This document shows, in pieces, positions 40,612 to 49,519 of a stretch of DNA of 64,000 bases. The translations under genes and the position numbers were made by a program. Source of the DNA: a bacterium (GTDB lineage Bacteria > Patescibacteriota > WWE3 > 2-01-FULL-39-13 > JAACPI01); assembly GCA_009995545.1 (NCBI GenBank), contig JAACPI010000001.1:2475-66474 (forward strand). The letters are read 5' to 3'. The notes under the pieces were generated by a model, which saw only the letters and a program-made list of their open reading frames with translations, was not told where the DNA came from and searched no databases. Each line of letters starts with the position of its first letter. The first letter of the stretch is position 1.

Positions 40612-40718
40612 CTCCTTCATGCACCCAGTCGACTAAGCTTCGAATCTCAGCAACTCTATTGTGGATTTGCACCCAAGCAGCCTCAGTTCATAAAATCACT
40701 GTGTTTTATGTGCATACA
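40612..40718. repeat. Copy A of a roughly 100-bp intergenic element (modules Y then X) with reiterated (A/T)TGCACCC motifs
   Basis: catgcacccagtcgactaagcttcgaatctcagcaactctattgtg then tttgcacccaagcagcctcagttcataaaatcactgtgttttatgtg. About 80% identical to the modules at 55668-55779. Confidence 0.6.
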
Positions 40719-40956
40719 GTTCCGTACTTTATTTACTACCAATAATTATAACTTCAATAAATGAGTGTAAAAATTTAAGGGTAAGGTTGCGTCAATGATT
40801 AAATAAAAAATAATCGTGTGATCATTACGCTAGTGTTACCAGTAATTTAATACTTAAAATAACTTAGATTGGAGAATAAAGTAGGGGAGTGTTTGCACAA
40901 TATTAAGTGCTAATTAAAACCTAAAATCGATTCTTTCTTTTAACATTAAGAGCTTA

Positions 40957-41016
40957 AAACCCACCTCGGCAACAAGTGTCCTGCCCAACCACTCGTTACG
41001 GGGGTGAGGTGGGTTT
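40957..41016. other. Long GC-rich hairpin (11-bp stem, 38-nt loop) in a non-coding region
   Basis: aaaacccacctc...gaggtgggttt. The loop contains cctcggcaac, which is shared with the repeat element. Confidence 0.5.
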
Positions 41017-41306
41017 AAAACTCTTAACTTTTAATGTTCCAAAGCAATGCTGTTTAGCAATTCTTATGTAAATACTATAGCATAAGTCAGCGTACTTGTC
41101 AATACTATGGGGTCGATATAAAATGAAATCTTGTTATAAGCTTTTGTAACAGGATTTTGTCTTTATCTAATAAACATAGATTAACGAAAAACATAATAAC
41201 ACAGCAAAATAATTTAATCTATAGTCTAATTTAACTTTCGCTAGGGGATTGCTTAACTAATAGTAAAAGGGGGTTAAACCAAATGTGGGTATTTTATTAT
41301 GCAAAT

Positions 41307-41335
41307 TTTCCTCGGGGGATAGTCCCCCGAGGAAA
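41307..41335 (-). terminator. Probable intrinsic terminator of rplL
   Basis: tttcctcggggga-tag-tcccccgaggaaa forms a 10-13-bp GC stem 8 nt downstream of the rplL stop, followed by AAAATTT on the transcribed strand. The U-tract is imperfect. Confidence 0.4.
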
Positions 41336-41342
41336 GAGTAAA

Positions 41343-41768
41343 CTATTTAAGTGTTACTTTAGCTCCAGCTTCTTCTAATTTAGCTTTTGCTGCTTCTGCT
41401 GCTTCTTTTTTAGCTCCTTCTAATATTACTTTAGGGGCTGCTTCTACTAAGTTCTTTGCGTCTAATAGACCTAATGAACTATCTAATTCTCTTACTGCCT
41501 TAATAACTGCAATTTTGTTACCACCAGCTTCTGTAAGCTCTACGTCGTAACTACTTTTTTCTTCTTCAGCTGCTCCTCCTTCTGCAGGGGCTGCTCCTAC
41601 CATTGCTACAGGTGCTGATGCGCTAACACCAAATTTTTCTTCCATAGCTTTTACTAAATCTGCTAATTCTAAAACGGTCATTTTTTCTACCATTTCCATT
41701 ACTTTTTTAGCATTTGCGGATAATTCCACAGTTGCTTTTTCTTCTACTACTGATTTTTCGTCTGCCAT
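41343..41768 (-). CDS. rplL: Ribosomal protein L7/L12
   Basis: Ala/Glu-rich, with a KAAP...GAKK...[11 protein letters not shown]-terminus. Confidence 0.9.
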   Translation of the reverse strand: MADEKSVVEEKATVELSANAKKVMEMVEKMTVLELADLVKAMEEKFGVSASAPVAMVGAAPAEGGAAEEEKSSYDVELTEAGGNKIAVIKAVRELDSSLGLLDAKNLVEAAPKVILEGAKKEAAEAAKAKLEEAGAKVTLK

Positions 41769-41856
41769 AATAAATTCACCTCCTAAGGTTGGTTACAGAG
41801 AATAGAATTTTAAGATTTGTATCTTGTTTCTTGTCTCTTGTTACTTAACTTTATAA

Positions 41857-42357
41857 TTATTCCTTGCCTTCTCTAATAGCATTCAAAACCCTGGTAAAGC
41901 TTCCATAAACTTCTCTATTAACAGTTACAAATCCCGAGATAGGAGACATCATGCTTCCTAAAAGCTTGGCTCTAAGCTCTTCTAATGAGGGGAGTTTAGA
42001 AAGTTGTTCTACTTTTTGTGCCCCTATAACTTGTCCATCTAAAAAACCAAGTTTTACTACGGGTAAGTGATATTGTTTGATAAAACTATATAGTTCTTTT
42101 ATAGGTTCCACTATTCCATCAAAACCATATATAACTGCAGTGGGTCCTTCTAGGTCAATATCTTTATTAATTTTCTTTAATAAAGAGTTTTTAGTAACTA
42201 CCATTTCCGCACCAGATTCTTTTAATTTACTTCTAAGTTCGTTTACCCGGTTAACATCCATTTGGGAATTATCGGTAAAAACTACTGATTTAGCGTTTTT
42301 TAAATTTTCTTCTGTAGCAAGTAAATCTTTTTGTTTTTGTTCTTTTGTTTTTGGCAT
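41857..42357 (-). CDS. rplJ: Ribosomal protein L10
   Basis: Position upstream of rplL. 166 aa with an L10 fold sequence. Confidence 0.85.
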   Translation of the reverse strand: MPKTKEQKQKDLLATEENLKNAKSVVFTDNSQMDVNRVNELRSKLKESGAEMVVTKNSLLKKINKDIDLEGPTAVIYGFDGIVEPIKELYSFIKQYHLPVVKLGFLDGQVIGAQKVEQLSKLPSLEELRAKLLGSMMSPISGFVTVNREVYGSFTRVLNAIREGKE

Positions 42358-42680
42358 ATTCTAGCTAAAAATTATTAATTATTGTTACAGATTGGAGTTT
42401 CTAAATAAGAGGGGGTTTGATTAGCCTAAATCCTAGATTCTAAATCCCAGATCCTGGCTTGCCTTCTCCCTCGGAGAGTCTTATTTTTACGCTCTCTGTC
42501 TTTAGGAACAGGGTTTATTATAAACAAGTACCTATGTTTGTCAATCTTATGCTAGCGTGGGTAAGCTAAAAAATTGCAGTGCAGCTAGTATCTAATATTT
42601 TACCAAATACATCAAATTATCTTATGGGGTGTTTTTAGAAATTAGATCGATTTCTACCTCGAAATCCTAAATCCTGTATT
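42358..42680 (-). promoter_or_regulatory. 323-nt 5' leader of rplJ-rplL, candidate L10-leader autoregulatory RNA
   Basis: Unusually long non-coding spacer between rplA and rplJ with GC-rich paired segments (ccctcggagag…). Position matches the known L10(L12)4-binding leader in other bacteria. Confidence 0.35.
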
Positions 42681-43370
42681 CTAGAGCTGAACCCTTACTG
42701 CAGGACTCATTGTAGATTTAATATAAACACTCTCAATTAAAACTTTTTTAACTTTAGCAGGTTTGTGTTTATTTATTTCGTCTATTACTTTGTTAAGGTT
42801 TTCTGCTAACTCCTCTGCTTTATTTTCTGTTTTTCCTAAAACCAAATGAATTACCTTATTGCTGGGTTGACTTCTAACTTCTATTTGGCCACCATCTAAG
42901 TTTTGTAAAATTTTGGTAACATCTCCTACGGTTTCAGTTTTGGGTGAGGGCATAAGACCTTTTGGACCTAATACTCTAGCTATCTTTGCAATTTTTGGCA
43001 TATAGCTTGGGTCGGCAACTACCATTGTAAAGTCTTTACCTGCAACTAATTTGTTAGTGTTTACAGATTCTATAGCTTTGTCATCTCCTTTAACCACTTC
43101 TAAAGATTTAAATTTAAGTTTACTGAGATCTGCGTCTGTAAAAGCTAGTACTATTTTCTTTCTGCCAGTAGAGTGGGGAAGAGAGGTTGTAAATCTTATG
43201 TTTTGCTCATTATCTGCAACATCAATACCTACATTTATTTTAGCTTCAAATGTGGATTTAAACGAAGTATATTCAGCCTTTTTGACTAGTTCAATAGCTT
43301 CTGTTACCGAGTATAATTTACCCGGCTTCAGGCTTTTAGCTGCTTTTTTGTAGTTTTTTCCTCTTTTCAT
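42681..43370 (-). CDS. rplA: Ribosomal protein L1
   Basis: 229 aa, L1 family. Confidence 0.9.
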   Translation of the reverse strand: MKRGKNYKKAAKSLKPGKLYSVTEAIELVKKAEYTSFKSTFEAKINVGIDVADNEQNIRFTTSLPHSTGRKKIVLAFTDADLSKLKFKSLEVVKGDDKAIESVNTNKLVAGKDFTMVVADPSYMPKIAKIARVLGPKGLMPSPKTETVGDVTKILQNLDGGQIEVRSQPSNKVIHLVLGKTENKAEELAENLNKVIDEINKHKPAKVKKVLIESVYIKSTMSPAVRVQL

Positions 43371-43413
43371 TTTTCGTTTTAATTAGTTATGCTTTGTTAA
43401 ATTAGCTTGTTGC

Positions 43414-43836
43414 TTAAGCAACTTCTACACCCATGGATCTTGCAGTTCCAGCAACAATCTTCATTGCTTGGTCAATATCATGTGCATTTAAGTCGGGCAT
43501 TTTAACTTCTGCAATTTCTTTTAATTGATCTTTAGTAAGTTTACCTACTTTTTTAGTATTTGGTTCTCCACTGCCTTTTTTTTGATTTAAAGCTTTTAAA
43601 ATAAGACTAGCAGTAGGAGGAGTTTTAATTATAAAAGTAAAACTTCTGTCTTCGTATACAGTAATAACTGCAGGAGCAATAACGTCTCCAAGCTCTCTGG
43701 TTTGCTCATTAAAAGCATTACAAAAATCCATTATAGGTATTCCTGCTTGTCCTAAAGCCGGTCCTACTGGAGGAGAAGGGTTAGCTTTTCCTGCTGGTAT
43801 ATTTAATTTTAAAACGTTTATTATTTTTTTAGCCAT
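43414..43836 (-). CDS. rplK: Ribosomal protein L11
   Basis: [32 protein letters not shown]. Starts at the internal Met of the track ORF. Confidence 0.9.
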   Translation of the reverse strand: MAKKIINVLKLNIPAGKANPSPPVGPALGQAGIPIMDFCNAFNEQTRELGDVIAPAVITVYEDRSFTFIIKTPPTASLILKALNQKKGSGEPNTKKVGKLTKDQLKEIAEVKMPDLNAHDIDQAMKIVAGTARSMGVEVA

Positions 43837-43919
43837 GTACAGACGATAATTTAACAAAAAATAACGAATTATGCTAGCACTAGCTATTTATTAGCTAGTA
43901 TTGACGTAAACTCGTGTCC

Positions 43920-44492
43920 TTACAAAGGTGAAATTTGACTAATATCGAATTCTACCGGAACTTCTCTACCAAAAGAACTAATTAAAACTTTAACTTTACC
44001 CTGATCTTCGTTTATGCTTTCTACTTTACCTAAAAATTCTTTAAAAGGTCCTTCTAAAACTTTAACACTGTCAGATACTTTAAATTTAGCCTCAAACTTA
44101 GGAGCATCCATTTTCATTACCTTTAATATCGCATCTACTTCGCTTTGGGGTAATGGTAGGGGATTAGTTCCAGTTCCAATAAAACCGGTTACGTGATCTG
44201 TACCCCTAATTAAGTGCCAAACCTCATCGTTTAAATTCATTCTAACTAAAACATACCCCGGAAATATTTTTTCTTCTACTTCTTTTTTTTGCCCATCACT
44301 TACTACTATCTTTTTTTGTACTGGAACAATTATTTTACTTACAAATTCAACTAAACCTGTGGCATTTAAACGATCTTCAAGACTTAAAGCTACCTTATTT
44401 TCGTATCCACTGTAGGAGTGAACAACATACCACCTAAATCGGTCGTCTGTTTTTGTATCAAAATCTATAACACTTTTATTTTTGGTAGCCAT
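43920..44492 (-). CDS. nusG: Transcription antiterminator NusG
   Basis: RWYVVHSYSGYENKV NGN domain and a C-terminal KOW (KVLEGPFKEFLGKVESI). Confidence 0.85.
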   Translation of the reverse strand: MATKNKSVIDFDTKTDDRFRWYVVHSYSGYENKVALSLEDRLNATGLVEFVSKIIVPVQKKIVVSDGQKKEVEEKIFPGYVLVRMNLNDEVWHLIRGTDHVTGFIGTGTNPLPLPQSEVDAILKVMKMDAPKFEAKFKVSDSVKVLEGPFKEFLGKVESINEDQGKVKVLISSFGREVPVEFDISQISPL

Positions 44493-44512
44493 TTAATTTT
44501 AAAATTTTTATA

Positions 44513-44713
44513 TTAGCTAGTAAATCCTAGCAGATATCTTAATCCTTCTGTTAAGCCGGTGTCTATTATAGCTAATATTCCCGCTAATACCAAGCTTATT
44601 ACTACAACTACCTTTGTACTGTTGTAAACGGCTTGTTTATTTGGCCAATCTACTCTTTTCATTTCGGCGTAAACCTCTCTTAAGTAGCTGACTGTTTTGT
44701 TAATTATTTTCAC
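44513..44713 (-). CDS. secE: Preprotein translocase SecE
   Basis: 66 aa with a single C-terminal TM helix, directly upstream of nusG. Confidence 0.7.
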   Translation of the reverse strand: MKIINKTVSYLREVYAEMKRVDWPNKQAVYNSTKVVVVISLVLAGILAIIDTGLTEGLRYLLGFTS

Positions 44714-44747
44714 AGTGTAGCTATTTTATACTGTATCTAGGTTTTTG

Positions 44748-47135
44748 TTAACGATCATTCTGAAAGTACCACAACATTCCGTCTACTAACTCTTCCATAT
44801 GTTTTGGTGTAAGGGCCAATTTGTTTTGTTGATTTAACCAACTTACATATTCCTTAAAAAAGTCCGGGCCCAGTACTATTAATTGGCTTCCAGTACTCCG
44901 AGTTATGTTTAATACGTGGTCGGTTAATTCTTTAACACGAAAAGCTCCAAATATTTTGCCGTAACTACTGTTATTAGCAATAACTCTATGACTGCCGTAT
45001 TTATCTTGGCTTATTACACCTGGGGTATTTTTTATACACACATCCAAAAGTTCTGCAAAAGCATAGCCCATAAGATCATTTGGTATGTATTTTATTAACC
45101 AATCTTGTGTAAGAGTATCCAGTGCTATCACTCTAGGGGTAACCTCCATACCTGCGGATAATGCTGCATTAAATTTATTTGCATAAGCCTCGTCGTAGTA
45201 AAAGACCTCTTTTTTAGTTTCTTGTTTTTTACTTGGCCCGCCAGTTTTAATCATTTTAGATCTTTTTATAGCAACTTCTACACCTTCTTGTGCCTGTATT
45301 TCTTCCAAAGCTTGTCTGTGGGCTGTACTACCGGGTTTGAAGGGCATTAGCATTTGTAAGTACTCAAAAATTTTATCGTAACTTATAAACTCTAAAAAGA
45401 CCTGTTTTAAGTCTAAAATGTCCTCGTTGCCCTCTAAATTAGCCGTATCTACTAAGTAGTATAAAAATTTTATTCTAGCATCAATGTCTGCCTTTAATGT
45501 TTCTACAGTCTGGATAATACTTGGCCTTAGTCTTACAAGATTTGTTCGTTGACCTCTACAGTACCTTTTTATGTTTTCTAGCCTGCCCGCCGTAAAATCA
45601 AAATCCCCTAAGTTATGGGGGTGAATAGCCTGTTGTATCAATATTATAAGATGTTCACCCATTAAAATTACATCTTCGTCTGTTATTGCAATTTCTGGTT
45701 TTTTATCTTCATTTTTCAATTTTAGCTTGTAGATAGATCCTTCCAACTTCCAACCGTTCTGCTGACCATTTAAGATTTTGGAATAAATCTCTTCTCTTTC
45801 ACTACCCTTTAACTGTAAAAGCAAACTTAAAGTTTGTGCCAGCAATTCCTGAGTTTCTATAGAAACGGTTGCTTTAGACCAGCTGTGTAGAGCGTTTTCT
45901 ACATCCTGTATAGAAAATTCTTCACCCACAAAATTTTGTAGTGCCAGTTCTACTGCTTCTATCCCACCTACTCTTTGGGCAGTAGCATGCTCTTTGTTGG
46001 ATCCATCAAACCCTTTTTTAGATAAGTATTGAAGTAATTGTCCTTGTGAGCAACATCTAAGTTCTTCTATTGCTTTTGCTAAAGATGGTCTATCTAACGA
46101 ACTTAAAAAAGTTCTTGTTGTTGTGCCCAAAAAATTCGCTTTGTCTAACTTATGTTCTAAAGTTTGCAATAAAATTAAAAAGGTTCTGTGGTTTAGTCCC
46201 GATGCTGTAATAATACCTTTTACAGCTTCTAGTGTGTCTTGTGAAGATTTCTCTACTAAAATAGGTTGTACTTCGGATCTTACTCTACCTGAAATACCTC
46301 TCACTTCTCTAATCATTTGGTATATTCTTGCCTGTTTAGTATTTTGGCACAAAGTTAAGTACAGGTCTTGCTGTCTGGTAGCCGCGATTTCTTTTCTACC
46401 CAGGTGTTTAAAACCCGCCCCCTCAGTAGTTTTAATTCCCGATAAATCCAGTAGTTCTTGTATTGGGTCCACCCCTTCCTCTTCGTCAAAATTTTTCAAA
46501 GTCTCGGGATCAACAATTAATTCTTGTCTTTGTTTTTTAAGTGTTGGATTGAATTTTAAAAAATCCCTGTATTTTGAAACTTGCTCCCAAATATTTACTA
46601 AGGGTAAGTTGGTCGTTTTCTCAACGTTAAATAAAACTTCTCTTCTGTAGGCTGCAATGGCGGGTAATACTGGGTAAATAACTGCTCTAAAGTCTTCTAT
46701 TTGTTTTTCTATTTCTGCTAACTGTTCTACTGCGTAATTTTGTTGGTACCTTAAGGCAGTTCTTGCCGTAGTTACAAGGCAAGGAAAGTCTTGTGCCCCA
46801 TCGTAAATATCCTGTAATAGGGGAGTAGTATAGTAGTCAACTTCAAATCCAAAGTTTGCGTGTATAAATTGCTTTTCTAAGTACTCATAGTAGTAAATAT
46901 TAGACGCTTCTTCAGGTTTTGCCTGTGGGGTAGAGTTTTGTGGTGTGAAGTAGTTTTCTCCAAACAGCTGTTTAATAAGTAATACCTCTTCTTGTTTGAT
47001 ATAGGGCTGTTCAAAAGGAATACTTGTTTCTTCCATCACTCTATTAGCGGCCTCTAGAAGACAGTCTCTCCACTCTTGTTGTGCTGGGTTTTCAAACTCT
47101 ATTTGATTTTCGTTTGTATCTTGTTTTAGTTTCAT
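44748..47135 (-). CDS. Large hypothetical protein (795 aa), 34 bp upstream of secE on the same strand
   Basis: Long ORF, predominantly helical by composition, with no recognisable catalytic motif. The C-terminal roughly 150 aa has faint macro-like spacing (VIANNSSYG…LIVLGPDF). Confidence 0.5.
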   Translation of the reverse strand: MKLKQDTNENQIEFENPAQQEWRDCLLEAANRVMEETSIPFEQPYIKQEEVLLIKQLFGENYFTPQNSTPQAKPEEASNIYYYEYLEKQFIHANFGFEVDYYTTPLLQDIYDGAQDFPCLVTTARTALRYQQNYAVEQLAEIEKQIEDFRAVIYPVLPAIAAYRREVLFNVEKTTNLPLVNIWEQVSKYRDFLKFNPTLKKQRQELIVDPETLKNFDEEEGVDPIQELLDLSGIKTTEGAGFKHLGRKEIAATRQQDLYLTLCQNTKQARIYQMIREVRGISGRVRSEVQPILVEKSSQDTLEAVKGIITASGLNHRTFLILLQTLEHKLDKANFLGTTTRTFLSSLDRPSLAKAIEELRCCSQGQLLQYLSKKGFDGSNKEHATAQRVGGIEAVELALQNFVGEEFSIQDVENALHSWSKATVSIETQELLAQTLSLLLQLKGSEREEIYSKILNGQQNGWKLEGSIYKLKLKNEDKKPEIAITDEDVILMGEHLIILIQQAIHPHNLGDFDFTAGRLENIKRYCRGQRTNLVRLRPSIIQTVETLKADIDARIKFLYYLVDTANLEGNEDILDLKQVFLEFISYDKIFEYLQMLMPFKPGSTAHRQALEEIQAQEGVEVAIKRSKMIKTGGPSKKQETKKEVFYYDEAYANKFNAALSAGMEVTPRVIALDTLTQDWLIKYIPNDLMGYAFAELLDVCIKNTPGVISQDKYGSHRVIANNSSYGKIFGAFRVKELTDHVLNITRSTGSQLIVLGPDFFKEYVSWLNQQNKLALTPKHMEELVDGMLWYFQNDR

Positions 47136-47140
47136 TTATA

Positions 47141-47170
47141 AACAAAAAAGGCGCCCTTAAGACGCCTTTT
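47141..47170 (-). terminator. Intrinsic terminator between the 447-aa and 795-aa genes (bidirectional hairpin)
   Basis: aaggcgcccttaagacgcctt hairpin followed by TTTTTTGTTT on the minus strand. Confidence 0.55.
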
Positions 47171-47196
47171 AATATCAGTATAGGTTCGGTTAATTA

Positions 47197-48540
47197 TTAA
47201 TTTCCTCCGTTCAAAAAGTCGATTCGTTCCGCCTCTGACCAGTCAGTAGGGTCTACACCAAAATGATTCGCATTTGGGTTTGTCCAGTGGCTTTGCATAA
47301 AAGCAGTTTGGTCTCTTTCTCCCAATTTAACTAGAAGTGCCGTGTACGACGAATCTGAACCACTAAGATCTGTGTTACGGACCAGCTGCTTAGCTGTATT
47401 TCGGACTCTCTTTGTTCTACCTGCCACGCTAACTACACCAGCCTTGCTCTCTGTAGTCTCAGGTTCGAAGTAAAGTTGCAGAGATAAAACGCTCCTAGCG
47501 GCCTTAACCGGATCAAAGTGTCTATTTGAAAAATTTGGGTCCTGTAAGGCTTGTAGATTATTTTTATTACGTAATAGTTGCTCCACAATACCTATCCTAA
47601 ATAATTCATACTCGCTCCCCATGTTTTCTAAACTATAGCTGTAAACATCGTCTGAAATATCCGTTTGGAGTATTCCTGACTTTCCTTCATCTTCCAAATC
47701 ACAATGAATTCCCAAAATTCTGCAGGCTATCTCGTGTGCCTCTGTAATTATCTCCAGATTTGTCAGGTCAATATTTACCCCAAATAGTTGTTTTAGCTGA
47801 TTAAATAAGGCTGATTCAAAGTACTCCTGGTTTCCTGATGCTATATTACTTAACACTATTAATAGTGTTTCCGCTAGTGCCACTTCCTTATTTTTCCTGT
47901 CCCTCATCAGTTGTTCTCGATCTTGCTCCCTTCCTTTTTGTTTTGATTGGTGTGCAATCTGTACTATTCTAATAATTTTAGAAACTGGCCCGGTACGGGA
48001 TTCCATTATCTGCCTAGGTGTTTCCTCAAAGTCAGTAGGGGCTCCAAGTATTTGCATAATAGTTTCATTAGATAAAGCACTTGCCCCAGGGAAATATTTT
48101 TCCATTCTACGTGTAGAAATTGGGTGACCAAAAAGTGAACTTATTTCATCTAGTGCCCTGGGGTCTACTGTTTCTCTTTTAATTCCACTGGAAGTTCGTC
48201 TCCAAAACTCTTCCATGTGAGCCTGTCCAGTTGTATCCGCTATCCGACCTATCCGACCTATCATTATTAGGTCCTTGTCCCTGGTTACATAGGGAAGTCT
48301 CCCTGCAATTAAAGCAAACTCTCCGATTCCACTCCCGCTGTTTGCAATTTCTGAGGCTGTAACTCTTGCTAGCACGCCGTGGGTATTTAATACTGTGGCC
48401 ACATCTGTAGCTGTAGGTATAAATTCTTGGATTTCCTTATTTTCCTTTACAGGCACAATTTCTGTGCCCATTTGTACAGATTCTCTAGATATGGGTTCGT
48501 TTGGTTTGTTTGACATATTTAATGTATAAAAATCTTGCAT
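47197..48540 (-). CDS. Hypothetical protein (447 aa), GC-elevated
   Basis: ORF with no recognised motif. GC is about 40-45%. Confidence 0.5.
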   Translation of the reverse strand: MQDFYTLNMSNKPNEPISRESVQMGTEIVPVKENKEIQEFIPTATDVATVLNTHGVLARVTASEIANSGSGIGEFALIAGRLPYVTRDKDLIMIGRIGRIADTTGQAHMEEFWRRTSSGIKRETVDPRALDEISSLFGHPISTRRMEKYFPGASALSNETIMQILGAPTDFEETPRQIMESRTGPVSKIIRIVQIAHQSKQKGREQDREQLMRDRKNKEVALAETLLIVLSNIASGNQEYFESALFNQLKQLFGVNIDLTNLEIITEAHEIACRILGIHCDLEDEGKSGILQTDISDDVYSYSLENMGSEYELFRIGIVEQLLRNKNNLQALQDPNFSNRHFDPVKAARSVLSLQLYFEPETTESKAGVVSVAGRTKRVRNTAKQLVRNTDLSGSDSSYTALLVKLGERDQTAFMQSHWTNPNANHFGVDPTDWSEAERIDFLNGGN

Positions 48541-48679
48541 TATATTAACCTATAGGTTTTTTTATGTCAAGACATTTTATGCTCTATTAACAAGATATGG
48601 AACTTCTAAAATACAGTAATACCTCGTGGGACTGTAAGTTTTTGTTTTTTTTACTTAACTCTATTTTAAATGTATATAA

Positions 48680-48708
48680 TTGACTTTTCTAAGTACCTAT
48701 AGTATAAA
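48680..48708 (+). promoter_or_regulatory. Sigma70-like promoter (TTGACT-17-TATAAA) for the 218-aa gene
   Basis: Near-consensus spacing. A GAGAGGG SD-like sequence lies 8 nt before the ATG at 48764. Confidence 0.35.
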
Positions 48709-48763
48709 ATAGGTGCTGTTAATCGACGTTGTTAATTGAAGTACTAGTGAGAGGGCATTAAAA

Positions 48764-49420
48764 ATGCAGACAACACAGGCAGTTGTAAGTGGGGATCAGT
48801 TCCTCGGTGAATTGGAGTTTGGTATAACGTGGGATCCGTCTCGTATGGAGGAGTCCAAGACATACTTTGGTCTTCTCATCGAAGGGGCCGGCGACCAGGG
48901 AATACTAGCTTCAGAAGCCCAGGAGTTGATGAAGAAGGAGGGGCTTTGGCCTGACGTAGGGCCCAAGGCCGGGGCGGTCGTGAGATCGTACGCAGTGAAG
49001 GATGTCCGGGACGAGGGGGTCTTTTATATTCCCAAAGCCTCCAAATCCACACAAGTTGTTGAGTCAGTTGGGGAAGCCGCCGTCTCTACAGGTGACCCTG
49101 CCTCTACGGTTGAAGCCGCCGCAAAAGTTGCTGCTGAATCCGTAGAAGAGAAGTCGGCCGCTGAGTCTGTGAAAGAAGAGATTGGGTCCAAAACCCCAAC
49201 CCCTGAATTGGATTACATGCTCGCCTTGGTCGAAGGTCTTGAGTCTAGGGTTCACGAGTTGGAGCAGGTAAACAATGCTCTCACTGAGATGTTTGAACTG
49301 CTAGAGGCAAAGGTTATTTCCGGGCTCTCCAGACTTGAGGTTGAATTGGATCTCAGTATGGTGAAGGGAGATCCTCAGCCGAAGAAGCATGTTGTGCATC
49401 TGCACTTCCACGACGAGTAG
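48764..49420 (+). CDS. Hypothetical protein (218 aa) with strongly elevated GC, an Ala/Glu-rich linker, a coiled coil and a His-rich C-terminus
   Basis: Local GC is about 47-60%, the highest in the window. Ends …HVVHLHFHDE. Confidence 0.5.
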   Translation: MQTTQAVVSGDQFLGELEFGITWDPSRMEESKTYFGLLIEGAGDQGILASEAQELMKKEGLWPDVGPKAGAVVRSYAVKDVRDEGVFYIPKASKSTQVVESVGEAAVSTGDPASTVEAAAKVAAESVEEKSAAESVKEEIGSKTPTPELDYMLALVEGLESRVHELEQVNNALTEMFELLEAKVISGLSRLEVELDLSMVKGDPQPKKHVVHLHFHDE

Positions 49421-49433
49421 GGTTAACAGCAAC

Positions 49434-49493
49434 CGACTGGGGGTCGAGAATAAACGCAATGAATTATTGCAACTATATCTCGACCCCCAGTTG
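49434..49493. other. 15-bp-stem inverted repeat with a 30-nt loop (the loop itself is a small hairpin), immediately 3' of the GC-rich gene
   Basis: cgactgggggtcgag … ctcgacccccagttg. No U-tract follows on either strand. Confidence 0.5.
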
Positions 49494-49519
49494 GAAACCC
49501 AAAAATATAAATAATATAA

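Noticed and set aside
40600-40740. Minus-strand similarity of the repeat element to the tmRNA 5' region (GATTCGA…GGTGCATG…GG)
   Set aside because: A tmRNA would need about 350 nt and a tRNA-Ala-like 3' end, which would fall inside the 374-aa CDS. No GGGG 5' end or acceptor pairing. The similarity is short and probably fortuitous.
47141-47170. Hairpin at 47141-47170 as a regulatory attenuator for the 795-aa/secE operon
   Set aside because: The hairpin followed by TTTTTTGTTT on the minus strand sits right after the 447-aa gene's stop. That fits a plain intrinsic terminator best.
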